Of a DNA stretch of 64,000 nt, positions 1-9,595 are shown piece after piece. The DNA lies in NCBI GenBank assembly GCA_964404725.1, contig CAYOLF010000025.1:896-64895 (forward strand), written 5' to 3'. Source of the stretch: an uncultured Polyangiaceae bacterium. Lineage in GTDB: Bacteria > Myxococcota_A > Polyangia > Polyangiales > Polyangiaceae. Every line of letters starts with the position of its first letter. The first letter of the stretch is position 1. The translations under genes and the position numbers were made by a program. The notes beneath the pieces were generated by a model that was given only the letters and a program-made list of their open reading frames with translations, searched no databases and was not told where the DNA came from.

Positions 1-2110
1 TCGCCAGCACGTTCTGCCCCAAGAACCAGCCGAACGCTCGCCGCGCGTGCGTCATCCAGGCGTCGTCTCCCGTCACTTCGTGAGCGCGGAGGCACGCAGC
101 CACGCTCGCCCCCGCTTCGAGGGGCTGCTGGTCGTACCTGGCCATCACCCCTCCTCGCTGGAAGAACCCGTTCGAACCGACGGGCGAGAAATCCCCGGAG
201 TCGGCGCGCTGGAGGTCCATGAGCCAGGAGAGGGCGCGAAGACCGACGGCGACCATGCCGTCGTCGCGCTGTCGCGCGCCAGCCGCGATCAGGGCGTGTG
301 GGAGGCGCGCGTTGGCGTACGTCAGCGCCTCCTCGCACCAGGGCCAGGCCGGATCGGTGAAACACCCGAATTGATCGTGCAATCGCCGAGAGGTCGCCTG
401 AAGTGCAGTGGCGAGCTGTTCGTCCCCCGGGAACCTAGCGAGCGCAGCGTCGAGCCCGAGCACGGAGAAGGCCCAGGCGCGTGGGCTCCGGAACTGGGCG
501 ACGGCGCGGAGCGCGGTGCGGAAGAGGTAGTCGGAGGCGATCCAGCGATGCTGGTAGTCGGTGATACCGAGGAGGCTGCCGAGGCTCCAGAGCGCGCGAC
601 CATGGCTGTCCTCGGAGCCGACGTCTTCGAGCCACTGACGATGGTAGGAGAAGAAGTTCCGGAAGCGGCCGCTCCGGCTGTCGAAGGCGCGCTGGACGAA
701 GGAGAGGAAGGTGGCCTCGAGCCGCATGCACAGCTCCTCCTCAACAGAGTGGCGCGTGAGGAGTGCCGTGGTGAGCAGCAGTCCCCGGGCGTTGTCGTCG
801 AGGGTGTACCCTTCCTCGTAGCGGGGGACCGCCAGGATTGCGTGCTGGAGGATCCCCACGCCGTCCGTGAGCACGCGGACCTGGCTCAGGTTCAGCTCCG
901 GAAGGACGTCAACGGCGGCCGGGAGACGTCGGGGTCCGGACGCTAGCTCCGGAGCCGGCGCCACCGCGCCCTCCAGCGCCTTCCAGTAGCCGCGCGCGAC
1001 CCTGGGCCAGCGCATGCTGCGGCCGCGGTCGCGGGCGCGCAGGCACATGTCGGCGTACCTCGCCTCGTCGCTGAAGAGGTCAATCACCGCCCGCGCGATC
1101 CCCGCGGCGCTGCGCCAGGGCACGAGGACCCCGTGCCCTTCGGCCAGGAGCTCCCTCGCATAGCGGTACGGCGTCGAGATGACGGCCTTGCCTGCCCCCA
1201 ACGCGTAGGCGAGGGTCCCGCTGGTGATCTGTTCCGGGTTCAGGTACGGGGTGACGTAGATGTCCGCCGCCGCCAGCGCTTCAACGAGCTCGGCCTGGCT
1301 GACGAAGCGGTCCACGAAGCGGACGTGATCGGTCATGCCCAAGCGCCTCGCGTGCCGTTCCAGCCCTTCGCGATATTGCTCCCCGTCGTGCGCGAGAACG
1401 TGGGGGTGCGTGGCGCCCATGACCAGGTAGGTGAGGTTGGGGAAGCGGGCGGCGATCGAGGGCAGCGCGCCGATCGCGTGCTCGATGCCCTTGTCGGGTG
1501 AGAGGAGGCCGAAGGTCAGGATGACCCGGCGACCGGACAAGCCGAGTCGACCCTTGGCGGCCAGGTCGATCGGCACCTCCGGGATCCCATGAGGCAGGAG
1601 ATCGATGCGCGACGCATCGACCCCGTACCGGCCCCGTAGGATACCCGCGCCCTGTTCGCTCATCGTCACGACGCGGCTGGAGAGTCGGACCAGGTCATCC
1701 ATCGCGGCGCGCTGGGCCTCGCTCGGCGAGGCGAGGATCGTGTGGAGCGTGGTCACGATCGGCGCGCGTACGGCCTGCAACAGCGCGGTGACGTGGCGCC
1801 CCGCGGAGCCCCCGAAGAGCCCGAATTCGTGCTGCACGCTGAGCGCGTCGATGGCGCTGTCGTTGAGGAACTCCGCCGCCGTTCGATAGTCGTCGAGGCG
1901 CTCCTCCTCCACCTGATAGCGGACCTCGGGCGGGTATTCGTGGCGCCTCGCGCCATCGTTCATGGCGACGACGACGCAGTCGAGCCCCGGGATCTCCCCG
2001 AGCAAGGCCGCCCGCAGGTCTCGCGTGAAGGTGGCAACACCGCAGCGGCGCGGCGCGTAGCTCCCCAGCAGCGCGACTCGGCGGATGGACCGCCGGTGAG
2101 TGTCTTTCAT
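1..2110 (-). CDS. Glycosyltransferase family 4 (GT-B) with a long non-GT C-terminal domain; the 3' end runs off the window
   Basis: Absent from the ORF track because it has no stop inside the window. My own minus-strand translation starts at ATG 2110-2108, with SD GGAGGAGG (plus strand cctcctcc) directly upstream. It reads MKDTHRRSIRRVALLGSYAPRRCGVATFTRDL..SVQHEFGLFGG..VILTFGLLSPDKGIEHAI..YVTPYLNPEQITSGTLAYALGAGKAVISTPY.., then about 330 more aa. No complete minus ORF is listed in this frame, which fits an open frame reaching position 1. Confidence 0.7.
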   Translation of the reverse strand, partial: MKDTHRRSIRRVALLGSYAPRRCGVATFTRDLRAALLGEIPGLDCVVVAMNDGARRHEYPPEVRYQVEEERLDDYRTAAEFLNDSAIDALSVQHEFGLFGGSAGRHVTALLQAVRAPIVTTLHTILASPSEAQRAAMDDLVRLSSRVVTMSEQGAGILRGRYGVDASRIDLLPHGIPEVPIDLAAKGRLGLSGRRVILTFGLLSPDKGIEHAIGALPSIAARFPNLTYLVMGATHPHVLAHDGEQYREGLERHARRLGMTDHVRFVDRFVSQAELVEALAAADIYVTPYLNPEQITSGTLAYALGAGKAVISTPYRYARELLAEGHGVLVPWRSAAGIARAVIDLFSDEARYADMCLRARDRGRSMRWPRVARGYWKALEGAVAPAPELASGPRRLPAAVDVLPELNLSQVRVLTDGVGILQHAILAVPRYEEGYTLDDNARGLLLTTALLTRHSVEEELCMRLEATFLSFVQRAFDSRSGRFRNFFSYHRQWLEDVGSEDSHGRALWSLGSLLGITDYQHRWIASDYLFRTALRAVAQFRSPRAWAFSVLGLDAALARFPGDEQLATALQATSRRLHDQFGCFTDPAWPWCEEALTYANARLPHALIAAGARQRDDGMVAVGLRALSWLMDLQRADSGDFSPVGSNGFFQRGGVMARYDQQPLEAGASVAACLRAHEVTGDDAWMTHARRAFGWFLGQNVLA

Positions 2111-2207
2111 CGTTCCTCCTCCCGTGACGCGCAGCACGGACTGCCGGTGCTCGTCGACGAGGACCCTCTCCAACCCGGGGCGGAGCTCCCTTCGGTTCCC
2201 CGCGGCG

Positions 2208-2492
2208 CTACCGCATGAGTCGATGGATGAGCACGTGGGCACGCGCGTCGTCGCTCGCCGAGGGTGGCGAGCGCTGAGTGTCGACGTCCCCATCGTTTCC
2301 GGGTCGGTCGTCGAGGGGCCAATCGTCCCGCGTCTCCTCCCCCGGCGTCGGGTCGGGGAGGGGCGCGGAGACGAAGCCGTCCCGCGAGTGCGGCAGGTCG
2401 CAGTAGGGGGTCCGGTCGGAGTCAGGACCCCGGCAGAGGGTGAATCCATCCGGGCTCGGCGGCGTCCATCCCTGGTTATCTTGGTCGAACAA
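2208..2492 (-). CDS. Small acidic Pro/Asp-rich hypothetical protein (94 aa)
   Basis: TTG start at 2492 with SD GGGAGG 6 nt upstream (minus strand GAAGGGAGGTGCGAT-TTG). Third-position GC is high throughout. It lies co-directionally between groEL and the GT gene. No family recognised. Confidence 0.45.
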   Translation of the reverse strand: MFDQDNQGWTPPSPDGFTLCRGPDSDRTPYCDLPHSRDGFVSAPLPDPTPGEETRDDWPLDDRPGNDGDVDTQRSPPSASDDARAHVLIHRLMR

Positions 2493-2557
2493 ATCGCACC
2501 TCCCTTCGACGACAAGCGGCCGGCGTCGTCACGCCGTGTTCCCAACCGAGGGGGGGA

Positions 2558-2586
2558 GCTCGGGGCGGTTGCCCCGCGCCCCGAGC
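2558..2586 (-). terminator. GC hairpin downstream of groEL (terminator-like, no U tract)
   Basis: Minus strand GCTCGGGGCG-9 nt-CGCCCCGAGC, a 10-bp perfect stem about 35 nt after the groEL stop. Confidence 0.3.
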
Positions 2587-2620
2587 GAAACCGCAGGGCG
2601 AGCGAGGGGGGCCGACCCGC

Positions 2621-4254
<1,634 letters not shown>

Positions 4255-4255
<1 letters not shown>

Positions 4256-4557
4256 TACTTCGTCTCTGCCTGGTCGAAGATGGCGAGGACGTCGTCCTCG
4301 CGCAGGATGAGGTGGTCCTCGCCGTCGAGCTTCACCTCGGCGCCGGTGTACTTGCCGATGAGCACGCGATCGCCGGGCTTGACGGTGAGGGGGTGGATCT
4401 CGCCGTTCTCGAGCTGCTTCCCGGTCCCCACGGCGATCACCACCGCCTCGAGGGGCTTCTCCTTGGCGCTGTCGGGGATGAACAGCCCGCCGGAGGTCTT
4501 GTCCTTCTCTGCGATGCGTCGGGCCAGGATGCGATCATGGAGAGGTCGGAAGGTCAT
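4255..4557 (-). CDS. groES: Co-chaperonin GroES (Hsp10)
   Basis: 100 aa. [33 protein letters not shown]. Its stop overlaps the groEL ATG as TAATG. Confidence 0.97.
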
Positions 4558-4939
4558 TCGGTGGTTCCAGACTGGGAAGACCGCGGCTGCGGGGGCCGAG
4601 GCCGGTCCCGTGGCGCAGCGGCGCCGGGCGCGGCGCGGGGTGTCCTGGCGAGGGAAGCGTCAGGGTCGGTGAGGGACACCGGGCTCGGAGGAGGCTCGAC
4701 ACGGCCTTTCGGCGAGCCTCCGCTCGGTCGTAGGCGTCGACAGACGCACGTCTCGTGCCATCGGCTCGCTTCCCACGATTCCTCGCGCTCACGACGGCGG
4801 CGGGCCCCGTCCATCGATCGGGACCACCCAGAATGATGGGGCGTCCGCGTCAATTCGACGGAGCCGCCGCGGCGACGGTCCGGCTGGGCGCCCTCCGGGA
4901 GCGAAAGGGCCGGTGCGCCGGTGCGAGCCCGAGCCTAAC

Positions 4940-4962
4940 GGTCGCGCGTCGTGACCGCGACC
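4940..4962 (-). terminator. Hairpin just downstream of the subtilase-like gene
   Basis: GGTCGCG-9 nt-CGCGACC (7-bp stem), starting 23 nt after the stop at 4985. An alternative palindrome CGCGACCAGTCGCG overlaps it at 4956-4969. Confidence 0.3.
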
Positions 4963-4984
4963 AGTCGCGAGTTGGTGCCTTGGG

Positions 4985-7900
4985 TCACCGGTGCCGGCCG
5001 CCGCCCCGGGTCGCGCGCCGGCGGCGCCGCGTCGTCGCGCTCGCCACGAGCAGCAGGAGCCACGCGGCCCCGCTCGGCGTGCCCTGTCTTCGATCGCGCC
5101 GACCCGGGGCGCTCGCACAGTCACACCCGCCGCCGCGGGGCAGGAGTTGGGGGGCGGGGGTCGCGGGAAGCTCCCACTCGTCCTCGGGGATGCAGCGGCC
5201 GTCGTCGTCGATGGGGAGCGGGGGCGCGTCGCCGCGCGCACGGCGTCCCGGCAGCTCCGTGGTCATCGAGCCCGTATTCGCCGGGTCGTGCCGCTGGGTG
5301 GGCCAGGGGCTCACCGCGTCGGCGGGGGCGTCGGTGCGCCAGAGATGGACCCAGCCGGCGCGGGTCACGACGGCGACCTCGAGGCGCCCGTCCCCATCGA
5401 GATCGCCGACGGCCGGCGCGGCCGCGACCCACTGGCCCGTGCGCTTGGGCCATCCCTCCGCCTCGCGACCGCAGGCGTCGATGGCATGCACCAGGTTCCC
5501 CTCCGTCCCCACGATCATCTCCGGGTAGTCGTCGCCGGTCAGATCTGCGATCGCCGCGCCTCCGAGCCAGGTCAGGCCCTCGATCGCGGCGGGGCTTCCC
5601 GGCAGCATCTCGCCGGTGCGGCCGCTCCAGAAGGCGAGCAGCTGCGTCGCCGGGCCTTCGCCCCAGCCGCCGCTCGCGACGCGCTCGGCGTCGCTCAGCA
5701 GCGACCCGGTCGCGACGACGTCGAGCACGCCGTCTTGGTCGAGATCCCCGAGCGCAGGGACCGACAGGAGCGGCACCATCGGCGAGCTCGGATCGACGGT
5801 CGCGTCGGCGCCGAAGCGGCCGGTGTATTCGATCCCCCGGGCCCCCGTGCGCGGATCGCGGAGCGGCAGGGCCTCATTGGGGAGATCGCCGGGGAGCTCC
5901 TGGTCGCCGGGCGTCGCGGGGAGGATCCAGGGGGGGGTCGCCGTGGTCTGCAGCACCGCTTCGGGCCGCCCGTCGTCGTCGAAGTCCCCCGCCGCCGAGG
6001 TCGCGCGGGCGCCGGATCCCGCGCCGCGCAGCAGCGACCAGGACGGCGGCTCTACGGGCCAACCGTCGAGCGGCGCGGCCGACGCGCCGTTGCCGCGCCC
6101 GTCGATCAGGAAGAAGCGCGCCGTCCCGTCGTCGATGCGCTCGGCTCCGGTAACGAGATCGGGGATCCCGTCGCCGGTGAAGTCGGCGACCGTCGGCGTG
6201 TCGAAGGGACCGAACGCGGCGAGCTCGTCGGGGCCGACGAGGGTCACCGGCCAGCCCCCCACGGCGGTGCCGTCGCCATGGAGGGCGTGCACCCGCCCGT
6301 CGAAGCCGACCACCAGGATCTCGAGCCCCGGCGAGGGGGCGAGGTCGGCGAGGACCGGGCTCGAGAAGAGGTCGCGTGGTCGATACGCGGGCGGGCCGGC
6401 GCAGGCGCCGGCGCAGGGCCGCTCCACGTCGGGCAGGCGGCGCGGCCACCCCGGCCGGAGCTCGCCCTCGACGTTCACGACGTAGAGCTGCCCGAGTCGG
6501 CTCGCGACGACCAGGTCGGGCGAGCCATCACCGTCGACGTCCCCGATCGCCGGGAGGGTCCCCACGCTCTCCCGCAGCAGCGCGGGGTTGATCCCGGAGG
6601 TGCTCCCGTAAGCGGCGCCGCGCGGCTCGCCGTCGGCGGCGGTCTGGAACGGGAAGCCCGCCAGCGGACGGGCCTCGCCCGAGGCGAAGCTCCACGCGTG
6701 CACGGCGCCGCTTGTCGTCGCGACGACGAGCTCGGGTAGGCCGTCGCCGTCGAGGTCACCGAGCTGCGGCGCCGCGGCGCCGGCGCCCACGACCGCGCGC
6801 GGGAACCCGCGGAACGCGGCGCCGTCGCGCTCGATGGTGAGCGGACGCCGGAGCTCGGCGGTGACGTCGCCCGTGGGATCGCCGTAGTGCGCGGTGGCGG
6901 TGACGCGCAGGGTGATGGTCGTCGCCTCCTCGCCATGCGGGCCGTCCGGGTCGGGTGCGTGCGTGGGGTCGATGGTGCGGGCGTCGAGGCGCGCGAGCGG
7001 GGTCCCGTCGCCGCTCACCGTCGTGGCTGCGAGGCCCGTCCGCTCGGCGACGAGCCGGAACGCCGTCGCCTCTGGCTGCACCCCCGGCGCCCACTCGATG
7101 CGGTAGTCGTAGGTCCGCGCGCGGCGCGCGCTCACCTTTCCGATCACGTCGATCGCGCTCGCGACTCGATCCGCGCCGAGCACGGCGAAGGGCGGGGGCG
7201 ACGTCAGGTCGACCTCGGGCGGGATCCGCCCGGCGATGACCGCAGTCACCGCGCGGCTCGCGTTGACCCGACCGAATCCGAAGCGCTGGTCGAACCCGGG
7301 TTGCGACCAGGCGAGGGCCGCCGCCGCGCTCCGCGATTCGGCCACGTCCACGTCGTCGGCGGTCGTCGTCAAGAGCTGGAGGAGCTCGCCCGGGGTCACG
7401 CGCGGCGCCGTGTCGCCGGCGGCGAGCGCCGCCGAGCGCACGAGCCCCGCGATGCCGGCGACCAGGCCCACCCCATCCGGAGGGCAGGTCCGCGACGGCG
7501 CGGAGAGGAGTCGGCGTCCGCCGAAGTTGCTGCAGGGGCTCACGGCGAGGAAGGTCGTCGCCGTGGTGCTGTCGGCACCGGGCCCCCCGAGGGTGATGGC
7601 GCCGACCGGTAGCGTGCGGGCGAGCGCGCTGGGGTCCGCCGGGCGACGCGTCCCCTCGTCGCCGGGGCTCGTCACCACCAGGGTCCCCACCGCCCAGGCG
7701 TAGTCCACCGCCGCCGCGAGGTGCGGCGAAGTTCCCAGCGTGTCCCGCGCCGCCGCCACCGCGGTGGCGTCCTGGTCGGCGGCGTAGGCGATCGCCTTGC
7801 CGAGGCGCTGCGGCTCGACGGGGCCGGCCGTTCCGACCCGGAGCGGCAGCAGGCGGCAGGCCGGGCAGGCGCCAGCGCGCCCCTGCCCGTCGTTGGTGGA

Positions 7901-8719
7901 GGCCAGCGCGGCCAGCGCCTGAGCCGTCCCCGCGCCGATGCCGTCCGTGTCGAACGGATCGTTGTCGTCGTCGACGAAGTCCCAGCCGATGAGGTCGTCC
8001 CGGTAGCCGTTGGAGTCGTCGTCCTGCCCGTTCGCGATGAAGCGCTGGCTCAGCAGATCCTGCGCGTCGAGGACGCCGTTGCCATTGGCGTCGCCCGGCG
8101 GGTCCGCGGTGCGGGGCGAGAGGTCGGGGTGCTCGCGGTAGTCGTCGACGGTCAGCACGCCATCGCCGTCGCAGTCGAATCGGTCGACGTCGGGGTTCAG
8201 GGGATCGAGCGGCGCGCAGGGGGAGCGATCGGCGTGGAGCGGCGGCGCGGTGGCCGAACGCAGCTCACCGAGGTTGAGGCGCACCCGTCGCACCAGATCG
8301 GGTTCGGACCAGTCGATCCCCGTGTCCGCGATCGCGATCACCGCGCGCGGGCTGCCGACGCTGTCGATCCAGGCTCGGTCCACGCTCGCCCCCGCGGCAA
8401 CCTCGCGGGCGGGGGCCACGGGCACGGGCAGCGATCGCTCCGGGACGAAGGAGTATAGCTCCCATTGTCCCTCCTTGCGCCCCGCCGGATCCGTGTTGTT
8501 CACGTAGCCGAAGTCGGGATCGTTGGGCCAGGTCCCGGGCTGCTCGAGCGACTCGGGCGCCGTCCCCGGCGGTGGCGGCCAGGCCGCGGTGGAGAGCCCC
8601 GCGAGGAGCGCCCCCAGCACGCCGCCGAGGACCCTCGCGCCGCGATGGCCGCCGCGACGCCGCGGGAACCCGCGGGGCGGCCGGGAGCCGGCCAGCGACC
8701 GAACGCGGAAGAGCGACAA
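4985..8719 (-). CDS. Secreted subtilase (S8)-like protein with Ca-binding-type DxDxDG inserts, FG-GAP/VCBS repeats and a MYXO-CTERM-type tail; catalytic His and Ser appear substituted
   Basis: TTG start at 8719 with GAGG 6 nt upstream, followed by a signal peptide. AIADTGID (Asp box) is present. Multiple GDLDGDGxPElVV / GDFTGDGIPDLV FG-GAP repeats follow. The C-terminus is GGGCDCASAPG..AAWLLLLVASATTRRRRR (Cys motif, TM helix, Arg cluster). Confidence 0.85.
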   Translation of the reverse strand: MSLFRVRSLAGSRPPRGFPRRRGGHRGARVLGGVLGALLAGLSTAAWPPPPGTAPESLEQPGTWPNDPDFGYVNNTDPAGRKEGQWELYSFVPERSLPVPVAPAREVAAGASVDRAWIDSVGSPRAVIAIADTGIDWSEPDLVRRVRLNLGELRSATAPPLHADRSPCAPLDPLNPDVDRFDCDGDGVLTVDDYREHPDLSPRTADPPGDANGNGVLDAQDLLSQRFIANGQDDDSNGYRDDLIGWDFVDDDNDPFDTDGIGAGTAQALAALASTNDGQGRAGACPACRLLPLRVGTAGPVEPQRLGKAIAYAADQDATAVAAARDTLGTSPHLAAAVDYAWAVGTLVVTSPGDEGTRRPADPSALARTLPVGAITLGGPGADSTTATTFLAVSPCSNFGGRRLLSAPSRTCPPDGVGLVAGIAGLVRSAALAAGDTAPRVTPGELLQLLTTTADDVDVAESRSAAAALAWSQPGFDQRFGFGRVNASRAVTAVIAGRIPPEVDLTSPPPFAVLGADRVASAIDVIGKVSARRARTYDYRIEWAPGVQPEATAFRLVAERTGLAATTVSGDGTPLARLDARTIDPTHAPDPDGPHGEEATTITLRVTATAHYGDPTGDVTAELRRPLTIERDGAAFRGFPRAVVGAGAAAPQLGDLDGDGLPELVVATTSGAVHAWSFASGEARPLAGFPFQTAADGEPRGAAYGSTSGINPALLRESVGTLPAIGDVDGDGSPDLVVASRLGQLYVVNVEGELRPGWPRRLPDVERPCAGACAGPPAYRPRDLFSSPVLADLAPSPGLEILVVGFDGRVHALHGDGTAVGGWPVTLVGPDELAAFGPFDTPTVADFTGDGIPDLVTGAERIDDGTARFFLIDGRGNGASAAPLDGWPVEPPSWSLLRGAGSGARATSAAGDFDDDGRPEAVLQTTATPPWILPATPGDQELPGDLPNEALPLRDPRTGARGIEYTGRFGADATVDPSSPMVPLLSVPALGDLDQDGVLDVVATGSLLSDAERVASGGWGEGPATQLLAFWSGRTGEMLPGSPAAIEGLTWLGGAAIADLTGDDYPEMIVGTEGNLVHAIDACGREAEGWPKRTGQWVAAAPAVGDLDGDGRLEVAVVTRAGWVHLWRTDAPADAVSPWPTQRHDPANTGSMTTELPGRRARGDAPPLPIDDDGRCIPEDEWELPATPAPQLLPRGGGCDCASAPGRRDRRQGTPSGAAWLLLLVASATTRRRRRATRGGGRHR

Positions 8720-8747
8720 TCGACCTCGGCGGGCGCGCAGGCCGCGA

Positions 8748-9356
8748 TCAGTTGTTGCCGAAGAGCGCCTGGATCGGCGTGTCGAGTGCGAGCGCGATCT
8801 TGTACAGGCTCGAGATGGACGGGCTCGACTCGGCTCGCTCGATCTGGGACAGGAGCGAGATGCTGAGCCCGGTGCGCCGGCTCATCTGCTTGAGCGTCAG
8901 CTCCTTCTCCTTGCGCATGGTGCGGATGGTGTCGCCGATGATGCGGTGGAGTTGCTCCTCCGGCGTGCGAGCGAGCCCTTTCTTCTTCATCACCCGCGCC
9001 AGGACCTCGCGGAACTCGTCCACGTTGAACGGCTTCTTGATGTAGTCGACCGCATCGAGCTTCATCGAGGCCACGGCGGACTCGAGGTTCGGGTGGGCCG
9101 TGAACATCACGACCGCGATGTCGGAGTCGATGCTGCGGATCCGCCGCAGCACCTCGATGCCGTCCATGCGGGGCATCATCAGGTCGAGGATGATGACGTG
9201 GTAATCGCCGCGTCGGACCTCGTCCTCGACGAGGGTCGGATCGCTCACGGTCTGCACGGCGAAGCCGTCCTTCTCGAGCAGCGTCTGCATGTACTCGCAG
9301 ATCGCGCGATCGTCGTCGACGATGAGCAAACGAACGGCAGGAACTTCGATTGCCAC
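8748..9356 (-). CDS. Response regulator: receiver domain fused to an XRE-type HTH
   Basis: I re-set the start to GTG 9356, with SD GAGGAGG 6 nt upstream. RLLIVDDD..ILDLMMPRMDG..DYIKKPF is the REC domain. LTLKQMSRRTGLSISLLSQIERAESSPSISSLYKIALAL is an HTH_3 motif. Confidence 0.9.
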   Translation of the reverse strand: MAIEVPAVRLLIVDDDRAICEYMQTLLEKDGFAVQTVSDPTLVEDEVRRGDYHVIILDLMMPRMDGIEVLRRIRSIDSDIAVVMFTAHPNLESAVASMKLDAVDYIKKPFNVDEFREVLARVMKKKGLARTPEEQLHRIIGDTIRTMRKEKELTLKQMSRRTGLSISLLSQIERAESSPSISSLYKIALALDTPIQALFGNN

Positions 9357-9595
9357 AGGTTGCCTCCTCGGAAGCCAAGGCCCGCGTTCGAGCCGGCAGG
9401 GAAATTCCGGCGGGGACCCGTCCGCCGATTGCAGTGACACTAAAAGATGCACCGGGAAAATGCGACATAATTCGTTGAATTCCCCCGAGGCGCAATCGGA
9501 ATAGAGCGGCCCGCCGGCCCGTTCTCCTCGGGCCGAGGCGGTGCGTTCCTTCGGGCGGGCGCACCCGGTCGGGAGGCGGTGGACCCCGGGCGCTT

